From: an uncultured Rhodobiaceae bacterium
GTDB taxonomy: Bacteria; Pseudomonadota; Alphaproteobacteria; Rhizobiales; TMED25
DNA: 61,496 bases
Assembly (NCBI GenBank): GCA_913030915.1
Contig: CAJWEW010000006.1
Span: forward strand, 1 to 61,496
Reading direction: 5' to 3'
The notes under the pieces are model-generated. The model was not told where the DNA came from. It did not search any database and saw nothing but the letters and a program-made list of their open reading frames with translations. The stretch's first letter is position 1. Every line of letters starts with the position of its first letter. Positions 27,008 through 38,055 of the stretch are shown here, one piece after another. Both the position numbers and the translations under genes were made by a program.

Positions 27008-28018
27008 ATGGATTTTTTAAACGCAATCATACTCTTAGGAAATTATATAATCGTACCAGGATTAACATATGGATCACAACTTGCATTAGGAGCCATCGGT
27101 GTTACTCTTATATACGGTGTCCTCAGGTTTGCTAATTTTGCCTACGGCGACTTAATGGCTTTTGGGACAATGATAGTTATCCTATCTACGGGGTATTTGC
27201 AATCATTAGGTATTACTCTTGGTTTTTTACCTACTGCATTGCTGGCATTGCCTATTGGAATAATTGCAACAGTCATATTAAGTTTATTTTTTGATAAGAC
27301 AGTATTCAAATATTACCGAGATATAAAGAGTGAGCCTGTAATACTTATTGTAGTCAGTATTGGAGTTATGTTTATTTTAAATGCGATAGTAAGGATCGTA
27401 ATTGGACCCGGCGACGTAATATTTATGGATGGAGCTAGATTTATAATGAAGGCCGGTGAATTTAAAAAAATGACTGGGCTAAATGAGGGTATAGCCCTCA
27501 AATCTACTCAGGTAATTACTGTCATAACAACAATTATAACATGTTCAATATTATTTTATTTTCTAAATAAAACTAAAACCGGTAAATCAATGAGGGCTTA
27601 TTCAGACAATGAAGATTTAGCTCTATTATCAGGAATAGACCCCACAAAAATAGTAATATACACATGGGTTATTGTTTCTATACTTGCTACTATTGCAGGG
27701 ACTCTTTACGGTTTAGATAAGAGCTTTAAACCATTTGCCTATTGGAATAATTTATTACCTATTTTTGCTGCAACTATTGTGGGTGGGATCGGAAACCCTC
27801 TTGGTGCGTTCTACGGAGGTTTTGTTATTGCTTTCACAGAGATAGGACTTACATACGCATATAAGAAATTTCTTGTATATCTGCTACCAGAGCAATTAGA
27901 ACCAAGTAGTTTGGTGCAATACATATCAACAGACTACAAATTTGCGATATCGTTTGCGATACTCATAGTGGTTCTGATATACAGACCAAACGGAATTTTT
28001 AAGGGGAAAGTTATTTGA
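27008..28018 (+). CDS. livH: Branched-chain amino acid-type ABC transporter permease (LivH-like)
   Basis: ANFAYG, GKSMRA, GGIGNP.GA and RPNGIF. Confidence 0.87.
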   Translation: MDFLNAIILLGNYIIVPGLTYGSQLALGAIGVTLIYGVLRFANFAYGDLMAFGTMIVILSTGYLQSLGITLGFLPTALLALPIGIIATVILSLFFDKTVFKYYRDIKSEPVILIVVSIGVMFILNAIVRIVIGPGDVIFMDGARFIMKAGEFKKMTGLNEGIALKSTQVITVITTIITCSILFYFLNKTKTGKSMRAYSDNEDLALLSGIDPTKIVIYTWVIVSILATIAGTLYGLDKSFKPFAYWNNLLPIFAATIVGGIGNPLGAFYGGFVIAFTEIGLTYAYKKFLVYLLPEQLEPSSLVQYISTDYKFAISFAILIVVLIYRPNGIFKGKVI

Positions 28019-29382
28019 GAAATAATCTTGATATAAAACTTGCTTTTGGAGTCATGGCCTTGCTGCTTATTATGGTTGGTTTTGTACAATCTTGGGGAGT
28101 TGCCCTGGCAATTCTCAATCTTTGCTTAATTTCTGCAGTAATGTCGATGGGTGTTAATATACAATGGGGATATTCGGGGCTAATTAATTTTGGTGTCATG
28201 GGTTTTCTAGCTATAGGTGGCCTTGCTACCATTGTTGTGTCAGTTCCACCGGTAAACGAAGCTTGGACCGCAGGTGGATTTGGTATAATATTATCTGGCC
28301 TCATTTTGTTTACGTTAATTACAAGCATTTTTTATGTTCATCGAAAATTTCAATCGAAATACAAAAACTATTTATTATTCTTTTTGGTAATCTCAGTAAT
28401 ACCAATGATGAAATTAGCTGCTGGACCATCAATTTCTGCAATCGAGTCCATTGATGCTGCAACCAGTGGTTTTTTAGGTGGTTTTGATTTACCAATAATT
28501 TTCTCTTGGTTTGTTGGGGCCATCTTTGCAGCTTTGGTTGCCTTTATCATTGGTAAAGTTTGTCTAGATTTACGATCCGATTATCTTGCAATTGCTACAC
28601 TATTAATTTCAGGGATTGTTGTATCATATGTTAAACATGAAGAATGGCTCACCCGGGGAGTTAAAAATGTTACTGGACTTAAGAGACCAGTGCCATTTGA
28701 GGTAGATCTGCAAAATTCAGACTGGTTTATAAATTTTATTGGATTCTTATTCAAGGGAAGATTATCAAAGGTTACCGATTTAGATGAAAAGATTATCTTA
28801 CTAAATGACCTGGTGATGACTTCATCAAGTATTTTTGTAAAGCTATGTTTTAGCGTAATTTTCTCAATTGTTTTGATTACTATATTAGTATTTTCAGAAA
28901 AAGCTCTCAGATCGCCATGGGGCAGGATGATGAGAGCGATACGTGATAACGAAGATGCAGCAAAAGCAATGGGTAAAAATGTTGTAAAAAGACACTTACA
29001 TATATTTATGATCGGCTCTGCCATCATAGGTTTTTCTGGTGCAATGTTAGTTACGTATGACGGACTATTCACACCAGCTAGTTATCAACCATTGAGATAT
29101 ACCTTCATAATTTGGGTTATGGTTCTACTTGGCGGAACTGGAAATAATTATGGAGCAATTCTTGGAGCTTTCGTTGTCTGGTTTATTTGGATTGAGTCAG
29201 CCCCATTCGCATTGTTTGTGATAAATGCCTTAATGAGCGAAGTTGATAATACAAATCAATTAAAGATTCATTTAATTGATAGCATCCCATATTTTAGATA
29301 TTTAATGATGGGTCTGGGCTTATTGGTTGTAATGAGATACAGACCAAAAGGCTTATTACCTGAGAAGATTATTAACAATTAG
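28015..29382 (+). CDS. livM: Branched-chain amino acid-type ABC transporter permease (LivM-like)
   Basis: QWGYSGLINFG, LRSDYLAIATL, SPWGR..RAIRDNE and RPKGL. Confidence 0.87.
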   Translation: MRNNLDIKLAFGVMALLLIMVGFVQSWGVALAILNLCLISAVMSMGVNIQWGYSGLINFGVMGFLAIGGLATIVVSVPPVNEAWTAGGFGIILSGLILFTLITSIFYVHRKFQSKYKNYLLFFLVISVIPMMKLAAGPSISAIESIDAATSGFLGGFDLPIIFSWFVGAIFAALVAFIIGKVCLDLRSDYLAIATLLISGIVVSYVKHEEWLTRGVKNVTGLKRPVPFEVDLQNSDWFINFIGFLFKGRLSKVTDLDEKIILLNDLVMTSSSIFVKLCFSVIFSIVLITILVFSEKALRSPWGRMMRAIRDNEDAAKAMGKNVVKRHLHIFMIGSAIIGFSGAMLVTYDGLFTPASYQPLRYTFIIWVMVLLGGTGNNYGAILGAFVVWFIWIESAPFALFVINALMSEVDNTNQLKIHLIDSIPYFRYLMMGLGLLVVMRYRPKGLLPEKIINN

Positions 29383-29384
29383 GT

Positions 29385-29414
29385 TATCACCCCACATAAT
29401 AATGTGGGGTGATA
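29385..29414. terminator. Hairpin between convergent livM and substrate-binding gene
   Basis: TATCACCCCACAT-aata-ATGTGGGGTGATA is a perfect 13-bp stem, but U-tails are weak. Confidence 0.65.
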
Positions 29415-29423
29415 TAAACTAAG

Positions 29424-30632
29424 CTATCTAGCACCTACATTAACGAATTTACCGTCAACATAACCTTTTTCTAGGAACTGACCGAAAGCTTCACCAACTT
29501 CAGTGAAATTAACGTCCGTAGCACCTTGATAGTTAATTGAATTACCAGCGCTTAGTAACCTTAAACCCTTTGCAAGTTCACCTGCATAGATTTTAGGCCC
29601 CGATCCGTTAGCAATTTTTTGAATATTATCTGCAATACTTCTACCATCAGTAGAACCATTACAACCACTAATATCACAATCACCAGCTTGCATAGCTAGA
29701 ATTAAAAGAGCTGCAGCGTCGTATGACTCACCTGCATAAACGCTATTAGGATCTACATCATTAGCCGATGCATACGCTTGGAATCTTTGGAATGACGCAC
29801 CAAGAGACCCAGGAGTTGAACCCCATGAACCATTTAGCTCGTCACCAAAAGCATCTTCAAGGGAAGTACCGATCATTCCATCGCCAAGAGCGAATTGATC
29901 AAATGAACCCGCGTCCAAGGAACCACGAATAATATTATTACCACCTTGATCGATGTAGCCTAGTACTGCTAGTGCATCGCCACCAGCGGCGGATAAAACT
30001 CCAACTTCTGCGCTGTAATCTGCTTTATCACCTTCATGAGCTATTTTAGCTGTTACTTCAATGCCGGCTGCTTCAACTGCGGATTCAAAGACATCTGCGA
30101 GACCAACACCATAATCATTATTAATATAAGTGATGGCAATACTCTTTACACCTTTATCTGCTGTGATTGCTGCTAATACTTCACCGCCTCTTGCGTCGGA
30201 TGGGGCAGTTCTGTAAAATAAACCATTATCTGGTTCGGTTGTTAGAGATGGTGAAGTTGCCGCTGGTGATATATTTGGAATACCATTTGGCATACTAACA
30301 TTTTGTGTTATGGCTTTCGTAACACCTGAGCAGTCAGCTCCGAATATCGCAACAACACCGTCTGCAACTGCTTGTTCCGCTGCTGTTACGGCGGCAGCTG
30401 AGTCAATACACGTAGCATCACCCTTGACTAGAGTAATTGTTGAACCATCTAACAGCTCCCCTGAGGCATTTGCTTCATTAAAAGCTAGTTCAGCTCCATC
30501 CACCATCGGCGGTACAAGCGACTCTAGGGGCCCTGTGAAACTCATAATCATACCAACTTTTATTTCATTAGCTTGGGCAGTACCATAGCCAAAAGTGGCA
30601 AGAGCTAGAGCAAACATAAATATTCTTAACAT
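29424..30632 (-). CDS. Liv-type ABC transporter substrate-binding protein (periplasmic binding protein type 1)
   Basis: Signal peptide (AQA), SFTGP, GADCSGVT, SPAATSP, RTAPSD and NNDYG. Confidence 0.9.
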   Translation of the reverse strand: MLRIFMFALALATFGYGTAQANEIKVGMIMSFTGPLESLVPPMVDGAELAFNEANASGELLDGSTITLVKGDATCIDSAAAVTAAEQAVADGVVAIFGADCSGVTKAITQNVSMPNGIPNISPAATSPSLTTEPDNGLFYRTAPSDARGGEVLAAITADKGVKSIAITYINNDYGVGLADVFESAVEAAGIEVTAKIAHEGDKADYSAEVGVLSAAGGDALAVLGYIDQGGNNIIRGSLDAGSFDQFALGDGMIGTSLEDAFGDELNGSWGSTPGSLGASFQRFQAYASANDVDPNSVYAGESYDAAALLILAMQAGDCDISGCNGSTDGRSIADNIQKIANGSGPKIYAGELAKGLRLLSAGNSINYQGATDVNFTEVGEAFGQFLEKGYVDGKFVNVGAR

Positions 30633-30989
30633 TTCGTTCTCCCTTTAAAATAGTTAATTATTCATTAACACCCATTAAATATTAAAATAGAGCAAATTAC
30701 AATGAATTATAGCAAATAGAAAACTGAATTTATTACAGCCGAAATTTTCATTTTATTTTTAAGAAACAGCAATTTGATAAAATTGCAACAGCATGCTTTA
30801 AAATTTTAACATTGATCCAAAAATAGGGAGATATCAAAATGAAGAACACACATATTATCAGAAATATGGATGAATATTGCTATAATTCTGGAATAGGCCG
30901 TGATCTATCAAATTTTTAATGGATACACAAATAGAAGGAGTGCTTGATCTACTAACATCAAGATATACGAATATCATCTGCTACTGAGC

Positions 30990-31065
<76 letters not shown>

Positions 31066-31072
31066 AATATCA

Positions 31073-32602
31073 TTAATTTGATCGCTCTTTTGCGATAAGC
31101 AACCTATTCAATGCACTTATATATGCTCTTGCAGAGGCTACTAATGTGTCTGTGTCGGCTCCCCTACCAGTAAAAGATATACCTGCATCTTCCAGTCTTA
31201 CACTTACTTCAGCCTGTGCATCCGTGCCCTCTGTAACTGCTTGCACTTGGTATAATGGTAGTGATGCTCGATGAGGGAATATAGCTTTTATACAATTAAA
31301 AATCGCATCCACAGGCCCATCACCCGTTGATTTATTTTTCATTATTTTACCATCAACTTCCATCTCAAGCTCTGCACTTTGTGGTCCCTGCGTTCCTGCA
31401 TTTACGATAAGTGATTTAAATTTCAGTCTCTCGCTTGTACTTGAAATCTCATCATCAACAAGAGCCATAATATCCTCATCATAAATATTTTTCTTTTTGT
31501 CAGCTAGCGTCTTAAATCTATCAAATGCATCTTGAAATGCATTATCGCCAAGTTTATATCCAAGATCAGCTAATTTTTCTCTGAAAGCGTGCCGTCCTGA
31601 GTGTTTTCCCATTACAAGTGAAGACTCCTTAAGACCGATCGCTTCAGGGTTCATTATCTCGTATGTTTGGCTATTCTTCAGCATCCCATCTTGGTGAATA
31701 CCAGACTCATGCGCAAAGGCATTTTTTCCGACAATAGCTTTGTTGTACTGGACTGGAAAAGATGTAATTGCAGAGACCAGCTTTGAAGCTCGCAATATTT
31801 TTGTTGTATCAATTTTTGTTGTGTAGGGAAGTGCATCCGAACGCGTATTAATTGCCATAACAACCTCTTCCAGCGCTGCATTTCCTGCCCTTTCTCCAAG
31901 TCCATTTATGGTACATTCAATCTGTCTTGCACCAGCATCCACACCGGCTAAAGAATTGGCTACAGCAAGACCAAGGTCATTGTGACAATGTGTAGAAAAA
32001 ATAACTTCATCGGCGCCTGACACTTTTTCCCTCAGGGTTTTAATCAAGTTATTGAACTCATGAGGGATGGCATATCCGACTGTGTCAGGTATATTGATTG
32101 TTGTTGCACCATTCTTTATTGCTACCTCGCAGCACTTACACAAAAAATCGACTGAGGTTCTTGTTGCATCCATTCCTGACCACTCCACATCCTCAACATA
32201 GCTTCTTGCTTGCGCAACTGTTTTTTGTATGATTTCAAGTACTTCATCTTCATTTTTTTTCATTTGATGTTCAAGATGGATCGGGGATGTGGAGACAAAT
32301 GTATGAATTCTACCTCTTTTTGCTTTTTTTACAGCCTCACCAGCCCTGTCAATATCCTCTGGAATTGCCCTTGCAAGTCCTGCAATAATTGAATTTTGTG
32401 ATCTTTCAGCAATTTTTGATACAGCTTCAAAATCACCGTTTGAAGCAATCGGGAATCCAGCTTCGATTATATCAACACCCATATCATCTAATAATTCTGC
32501 AACCTGAATTTTCTCATCTAGTGTCATTGTAGCGCCAGGCGATTGCTCACCGTCACGTAGAGTTGTATCAAATATTCTTATATGGTTATCTTTGGAGCTC
32601 AT
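31073..32602 (-). CDS. leuA: 2-isopropylmalate synthase
   Basis: DTTLRDGEQ, HCHNDLG, GERAGNA, AHESGIHQDG and GPVDA regulatory domain. Confidence 0.97.
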   Translation of the reverse strand: MSSKDNHIRIFDTTLRDGEQSPGATMTLDEKIQVAELLDDMGVDIIEAGFPIASNGDFEAVSKIAERSQNSIIAGLARAIPEDIDRAGEAVKKAKRGRIHTFVSTSPIHLEHQMKKNEDEVLEIIQKTVAQARSYVEDVEWSGMDATRTSVDFLCKCCEVAIKNGATTINIPDTVGYAIPHEFNNLIKTLREKVSGADEVIFSTHCHNDLGLAVANSLAGVDAGARQIECTINGLGERAGNAALEEVVMAINTRSDALPYTTKIDTTKILRASKLVSAITSFPVQYNKAIVGKNAFAHESGIHQDGMLKNSQTYEIMNPEAIGLKESSLVMGKHSGRHAFREKLADLGYKLGDNAFQDAFDRFKTLADKKKNIYDEDIMALVDDEISSTSERLKFKSLIVNAGTQGPQSAELEMEVDGKIMKNKSTGDGPVDAIFNCIKAIFPHRASLPLYQVQAVTEGTDAQAEVSVRLEDAGISFTGRGADTDTLVASARAYISALNRLLIAKERSN

Positions 32603-32608
32603 CTACCC

Positions 32609-33643
<1,035 letters not shown>

Positions 33644-33684
33644 CTATATTGTTAAACTACTAAAATCTAAATTTTCTAATAATG

Positions 33685-34251
33685 CTAAGTGTTATCAGCT
33701 CCTCTTTTCAGCGCAGCTACGCCGGTTCTTGATACTTCCGTGAGCCCGACACTTGCCATTAAATTAATGAATCTATCAATTTCACGGGTTCTTCCAGTAA
33801 TTTGAAAAATGAAGCTATCGAGGCTTGCATCGACTGTCTGTGCGTCAAATGCTTCAGCCAATCTTAGAGCCTCAAGTCTCTTGTTCCCTGTACCCTTTAC
33901 CTTTATTAATGCCAGCTCTCTCTCAAGTGCTCCGTATTGTCCATAATCTGCAGTGAGATCTGACACTTTGTGGACAGAAACCAACCTATCAACTTGGACT
34001 TTTATTTTTTCAATAACACTTGGGGATCCTGAAGTCACGAGTGTAATTCTGGATAGTTGTTGTTTGCTTTCAGTTTCTGACACAGTAAGTGAGTCAATAT
34101 TAAAACCTCTTGCTGCAAAAAGACCAATGACTCTTGCTAAAACGCCAGGTTCATCGTCAACAATAATAGATAATGTATGTCTTTCATCATCTTCATTTAT
34201 TGAGATGATATCATAAGTTGAGGCTGGATTTTTCTTGTTCATTTTATTCAC
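33685..34251 (-). CDS. ilvH: Acetolactate synthase small (regulatory) subunit
   Basis: ACT domain (EPGVLARV.GLF..RGFNIDSLTV), ERELALIKV and RTG. True start may be the ATG at 34242. Confidence 0.95.
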   Translation of the reverse strand: MNKMNKKNPASTYDIISINEDDERHTLSIIVDDEPGVLARVIGLFAARGFNIDSLTVSETESKQQLSRITLVTSGSPSVIEKIKVQVDRLVSVHKVSDLTADYGQYGALERELALIKVKGTGNKRLEALRLAEAFDAQTVDASLDSFIFQITGRTREIDRFINLMASVGLTEVSRTGVAALKRGADNT

Positions 34252-34266
34252 TCATAAGTTAATTTT

Positions 34267-36027
34267 TTAAACCATTATTTTTCCATCATCATCAATGGCA
34301 TTTGCCACTTCTTCATCAGACACATTCTCGCCAAGCAGCATATCATTATGAGCCTTACCAGATGGAATCATTGGGAAACAATTCTCAAGGTTTGCAACAA
34401 CACAGTCAAAAATAACAGGTCCGGGTGTATCGATCATCCTTGCAATTGCATCATCAAGATCAGCTGGCTTTTTCACACGGATGCCGGTTGCGCCATAGGC
34501 CTCCGCAAGCTTTACGAAATCTGGTAATGAGTCAGAGTAACTCTCAGATATTCGATTACCATGTAATAGTTGCTGCCATTGCCTGACCATTCCCATATAG
34601 CTGTTATTTAATATAAAGATTTTTGTATTAAGTTGATATTGAACGGCTGTTGAGAGCTCTTGAATATTCATTAATATAGATGCATCTCCAGCGATGTCTA
34701 TTACCAATGCATCCGGTTTTGCAACCTGCACACCATTTGCAGCTGGGAAGCCATAGCCCATAGTACCCAAACCTCCAGATGTTAGCCAGCGGTTTGGTTT
34801 ATCAAATTTATAAAATTGCGCTGCCCACATTTGATGTTGACCAACTTCAGTCGTGATGTATGTATCTTTATTTTTTGTTAACTCATATAATCTTTGGATT
34901 GCGTATTGAGGCATAATTACATCTGAATTTGGTTTATAACTTAAGCAATTTACTTTTTTCCACAACTCAATCTGTTTCCACCATTCATTGAATGATTGGA
35001 ATTTATTACTCCTCTTATCCATAATTTTAAGTGCTTCATTTAGGAATTTTCCGCAGTCAGCAATTATAGATATATCCACTTCTACATTTTTATTTATTGA
35101 CGTTGCGTCTATATCGATATGGACTTTTTTTGAATTTGGAGAAAACTCATCAATTTTTCCGGTGATTCTGTCATCAAACCTGGCGCCAATACATAACATT
35201 AGGTCACAATCATGCATCGCCATATTTGCTTCATAGGTACCATGCATACCCAACATACCCAACCAATTATCACCAGATCCTGGATAAGCCCCCAGACCCA
35301 TTAAAGTAGATGTAATTGGCATATTAGTCTTATGTACAAATTTTTGTAATAATTTTGATGCTTTTGGGCCAGAATTTATTATACCCCCACCGGAATAAAT
35401 AATTGGCCTCTTTGCCCTCTCCATAAGATCAACAACTCTAGCGACAGCTTTGTTATCAATTGTATTTGGGGGCGTGTATGTTTTATGGGTTGTTTTTGAT
35501 AAATCCTCATAATCACCCTCAGCGAACTGAATATCTTTTGGAATATCAACTAAAACTGGTCCCGGGCGACCTGATCTGGCAATGTAGAATGCCTCATGCA
35601 TAATGCGTGGTAAATCTTTTATATCTTTAACTAACCAATTATGCTTAGTGCATGCCCTTGTAATACCAACAGTATCGGCCTCCTGGAAAGCGTCAGTACC
35701 AATGAGATGTGTTGGAACCTGTCCGCTTATGCAGACTATCGGTATGGAGTCTAACAAGGCGTCTGTTAGCCCAGTTACCGCATTTGTAGCCCCAGGCCCC
35801 GAAGTCACAATAAGAACACCAACTTTACCAGTTGAGCGAGCATAACCCTCTGCAGCGTGTGATGCGCCCTGTTCATGACGGACAAGAATATGCTTCACAT
35901 CTTCCTGTTGAAAAATTGCGTCATAGATTGGGAGCACTGCTCCACCTGGATACCCAAAAACTGAATCAACACCCTGATCATGAAGTGTCTGAATTACCAT
36001 TTCTGCTCCTGTAATTTTTTTGCCCAT
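34267..36027 (-). CDS. ilvI: Acetolactate synthase large subunit
   Basis: FGYPGGAVL, RHEQ, TSGPGATN, GMLGMHG, SGGLGTMG and GMVRQWQ. Confidence 0.97.
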   Translation of the reverse strand: MGKKITGAEMVIQTLHDQGVDSVFGYPGGAVLPIYDAIFQQEDVKHILVRHEQGASHAAEGYARSTGKVGVLIVTSGPGATNAVTGLTDALLDSIPIVCISGQVPTHLIGTDAFQEADTVGITRACTKHNWLVKDIKDLPRIMHEAFYIARSGRPGPVLVDIPKDIQFAEGDYEDLSKTTHKTYTPPNTIDNKAVARVVDLMERAKRPIIYSGGGIINSGPKASKLLQKFVHKTNMPITSTLMGLGAYPGSGDNWLGMLGMHGTYEANMAMHDCDLMLCIGARFDDRITGKIDEFSPNSKKVHIDIDATSINKNVEVDISIIADCGKFLNEALKIMDKRSNKFQSFNEWWKQIELWKKVNCLSYKPNSDVIMPQYAIQRLYELTKNKDTYITTEVGQHQMWAAQFYKFDKPNRWLTSGGLGTMGYGFPAANGVQVAKPDALVIDIAGDASILMNIQELSTAVQYQLNTKIFILNNSYMGMVRQWQQLLHGNRISESYSDSLPDFVKLAEAYGATGIRVKKPADLDDAIARMIDTPGPVIFDCVVANLENCFPMIPSGKAHNDMLLGENVSDEEVANAIDDDGKIMV

Positions 36028-36078
36028 TCTTATTTGCCTTTTTTAAAATAAACTTTCATAAAAAATATACCCAAAATT

Positions 36079-36100
36079 AAAAAAAGGGGCGTTTGCCCCT
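36079..36100 (-). terminator. Attenuator terminator hairpin of the ilv leader
   Basis: Minus strand reads AGGGGC-AAAC-GCCCCT followed by a U-run, about 50 nt before ilvI. Confidence 0.88.
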
Positions 36101-36135
36101 ATGAAAGTATCACCATCAAGAACCCCGGAAGGGAC

Positions 36136-36183
36136 TCAGGTGATACAAAAGACGACCAGCAGATTTTTGTTTAAGTACATCAT
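36136..36183 (-). CDS. ilv operon leader peptide MMYLNKNLLVVFCIT
   Basis: 15-codon ORF with Leu-Leu-Val-Val-x-x-Ile control codons, immediately followed by alternative hairpins and the terminator. Confidence 0.82.
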   Translation of the reverse strand: MMYLNKNLLVVFCIT

Positions 36184-36247
36184 ATAATCCAAAAATATTA
36201 AATTTATACCACAATATATTTCATATAGAAAAATTAATCAATTTTTT

Positions 36248-37153
36248 TTATGAAAGTTTAGAAATTTGTTTTTCATCATCAATCCAGTCCCAATATACCA
36301 TTTTTTTGCGCGCCCATGTTATTTGCCTTTTTACATATTTTTTAGTTTGATTATTTATACTAGCCTCTGCTTGATCTTGATTAATTTTCCCATCAATTAA
36401 ATCCATAACTTCTCTTACACCAATTGCTTTCATTGATGGATATGCGGACGGGACTTTTAGGTTACGGAGATCACGAACCTCACTATACAGCTCTTCACTC
36501 GATAACATTTTTGCTGTTCTTTTTTCTATATTGTGATGAAGATAATCTTTCTTGGGGCAAAGATAGATAAATTTTGATTTTGATTTTTCTATGAGTCTAA
36601 TACCTTGCCTCTCTTTCCAATCCTGAATTGAAACACCAGTCTGCTCATAGACTTCAATAGCACGCAGGATCCTTGATTGATCATTTGGATTGATTTTTTT
36701 ATATGATTTTGGATCTATTTTTTTTAAATATTCATGAAGGTAATGTGTCTCATTTTCATCTTTAACTTTCAACCACTTGCTTCTTATTTGTTGTGAAATA
36801 TTTGGGATTTCCGCTATTTCACCCAATAATCCGGAGAAATATAATCCTGTCCCGCCGACAATTATTGGTAATATATTTATTTTCTCCAAAAAAATCAGTA
36901 ATCTCGCAATATCTTTTTGCCACTCACCAACTGAATATCTTATTTGAGGATTAACATAACCATACAAAAAGTGAGGAATTGTGTCTTGGGCTTTAGGGTT
37001 TGGTCGAGCAGTTATAATTGATAGTACATCGTATATTTGCATGGCATCTGCGTTGATTATCACTCCATCATACTTTTTTGCTAATCGAACTGCCAGATCT
37101 GACTTCCCAGAAGCTGTTGGACCTGAAATAAGAATTGAGCTATAATTTAACAT
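36248..37153 (-). CDS. miaA: tRNA dimethylallyltransferase
   Basis: GPTASGKS, NADAMQIY, VGGTGLY, RILRAIEV and KRQITW. Confidence 0.97.
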   Translation of the reverse strand: MLNYSSILISGPTASGKSDLAVRLAKKYDGVIINADAMQIYDVLSIITARPNPKAQDTIPHFLYGYVNPQIRYSVGEWQKDIARLLIFLEKINILPIIVGGTGLYFSGLLGEIAEIPNISQQIRSKWLKVKDENETHYLHEYLKKIDPKSYKKINPNDQSRILRAIEVYEQTGVSIQDWKERQGIRLIEKSKSKFIYLCPKKDYLHHNIEKRTAKMLSSEELYSEVRDLRNLKVPSAYPSMKAIGVREVMDLIDGKINQDQAEASINNQTKKYVKRQITWARKKMVYWDWIDDEKQISKLS

Positions 37154-37176
37154 CTACCCTAATCTACATATAAAAA

Positions 37177-38055
37177 ATGAAAAAATTACTTACAATAGTA
37201 TCTAGTAAAGATAACAACATAACAACTGAAACCTTTAAAGCGATTCAGGATTTTCTGAAAGTTGATATCAAAAGTAAATGGCTCGCTAGTGAGAAAGCGT
37301 GTGAGATTTGTTTTAATTCAGATAAGACTGTCATGGTTGATGAATTGGTTGAGTATTTTAATATGCATTTGTATGATTGGGCTTACCAAAGTGCTCAAGA
37401 AAAGAATAAGCGTTTATTCATCTCCGATATGGACTCAACAATCATTAAACAAGAATGCATCGATGAGATTGCAGATCTTGCAAACCTGAAAGAAGAAGTT
37501 GAAGACATTACAAGAAAGGCAATGGGAGGGGAAATAGCATTTACTGAAGCATTAGAAAAAAGAGTTGGCTTGCTAAAGGGTATAAAATTAGAACTTCTTA
37601 ACGAGATTTTCCAAAAGATAGAATTTAATGATGGCGCAGAAAAATTACTAATAAATCTCAATAAGCAAAAAATAAAAACAATATTAGTTTCAGGGGGATT
37701 TACTTTTTTCACTGAAAAAATATCAGAAAAACTAAATTTTCAGGAAAATTATGCCAATACCTTGGAAGTGATTGATGGTATTCTCACGGGTAAGGTAATT
37801 CCACCAATAATTGACTCCATATCAAAAAAAAATATCCTCAAAAAGACTATTAACTCTCACAAACTCAAAAATACTGATGTTGTGGCTATAGGTGATGGAG
37901 CAAATGACTTAGAAATGATAAAGGAAGCTGGGCTAGGAATATCTTACAGAGGAAAACCAATATTAAAAGCAAATGCTAATGGGCAAATAGAGCACACTGG
38001 TCTGGACAGTTTATTATACTTTATAGGCTTATCAGAAGATAAGATAGTTGATTAA
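37177..38055 (+). CDS. serB: Phosphoserine phosphatase
   Basis: DMDST..QECIDE, VSGGF and GDGANDL. Syntenic with miaA. Confidence 0.95.
   Translation: MKKLLTIVSSKDNNITTETFKAIQDFLKVDIKSKWLASEKACEICFNSDKTVMVDELVEYFNMHLYDWAYQSAQEKNKRLFISDMDSTIIKQECIDEIADLANLKEEVEDITRKAMGGEIAFTEALEKRVGLLKGIKLELLNEIFQKIEFNDGAEKLLINLNKQKIKTILVSGGFTFFTEKISEKLNFQENYANTLEVIDGILTGKVIPPIIDSISKKNILKKTINSHKLKNTDVVAIGDGANDLEMIKEAGLGISYRGKPILKANANGQIEHTGLDSLLYFIGLSEDKIVD

Noticed and set aside
30654-30669. TTAA-N7-TTAAC CtrA-like box upstream of the Liv binding-protein gene
   Set aside because: It matches the consensus, but the spacer is very AT-rich with several TTAA words and the target is not a cell-cycle gene, so chance is likely.
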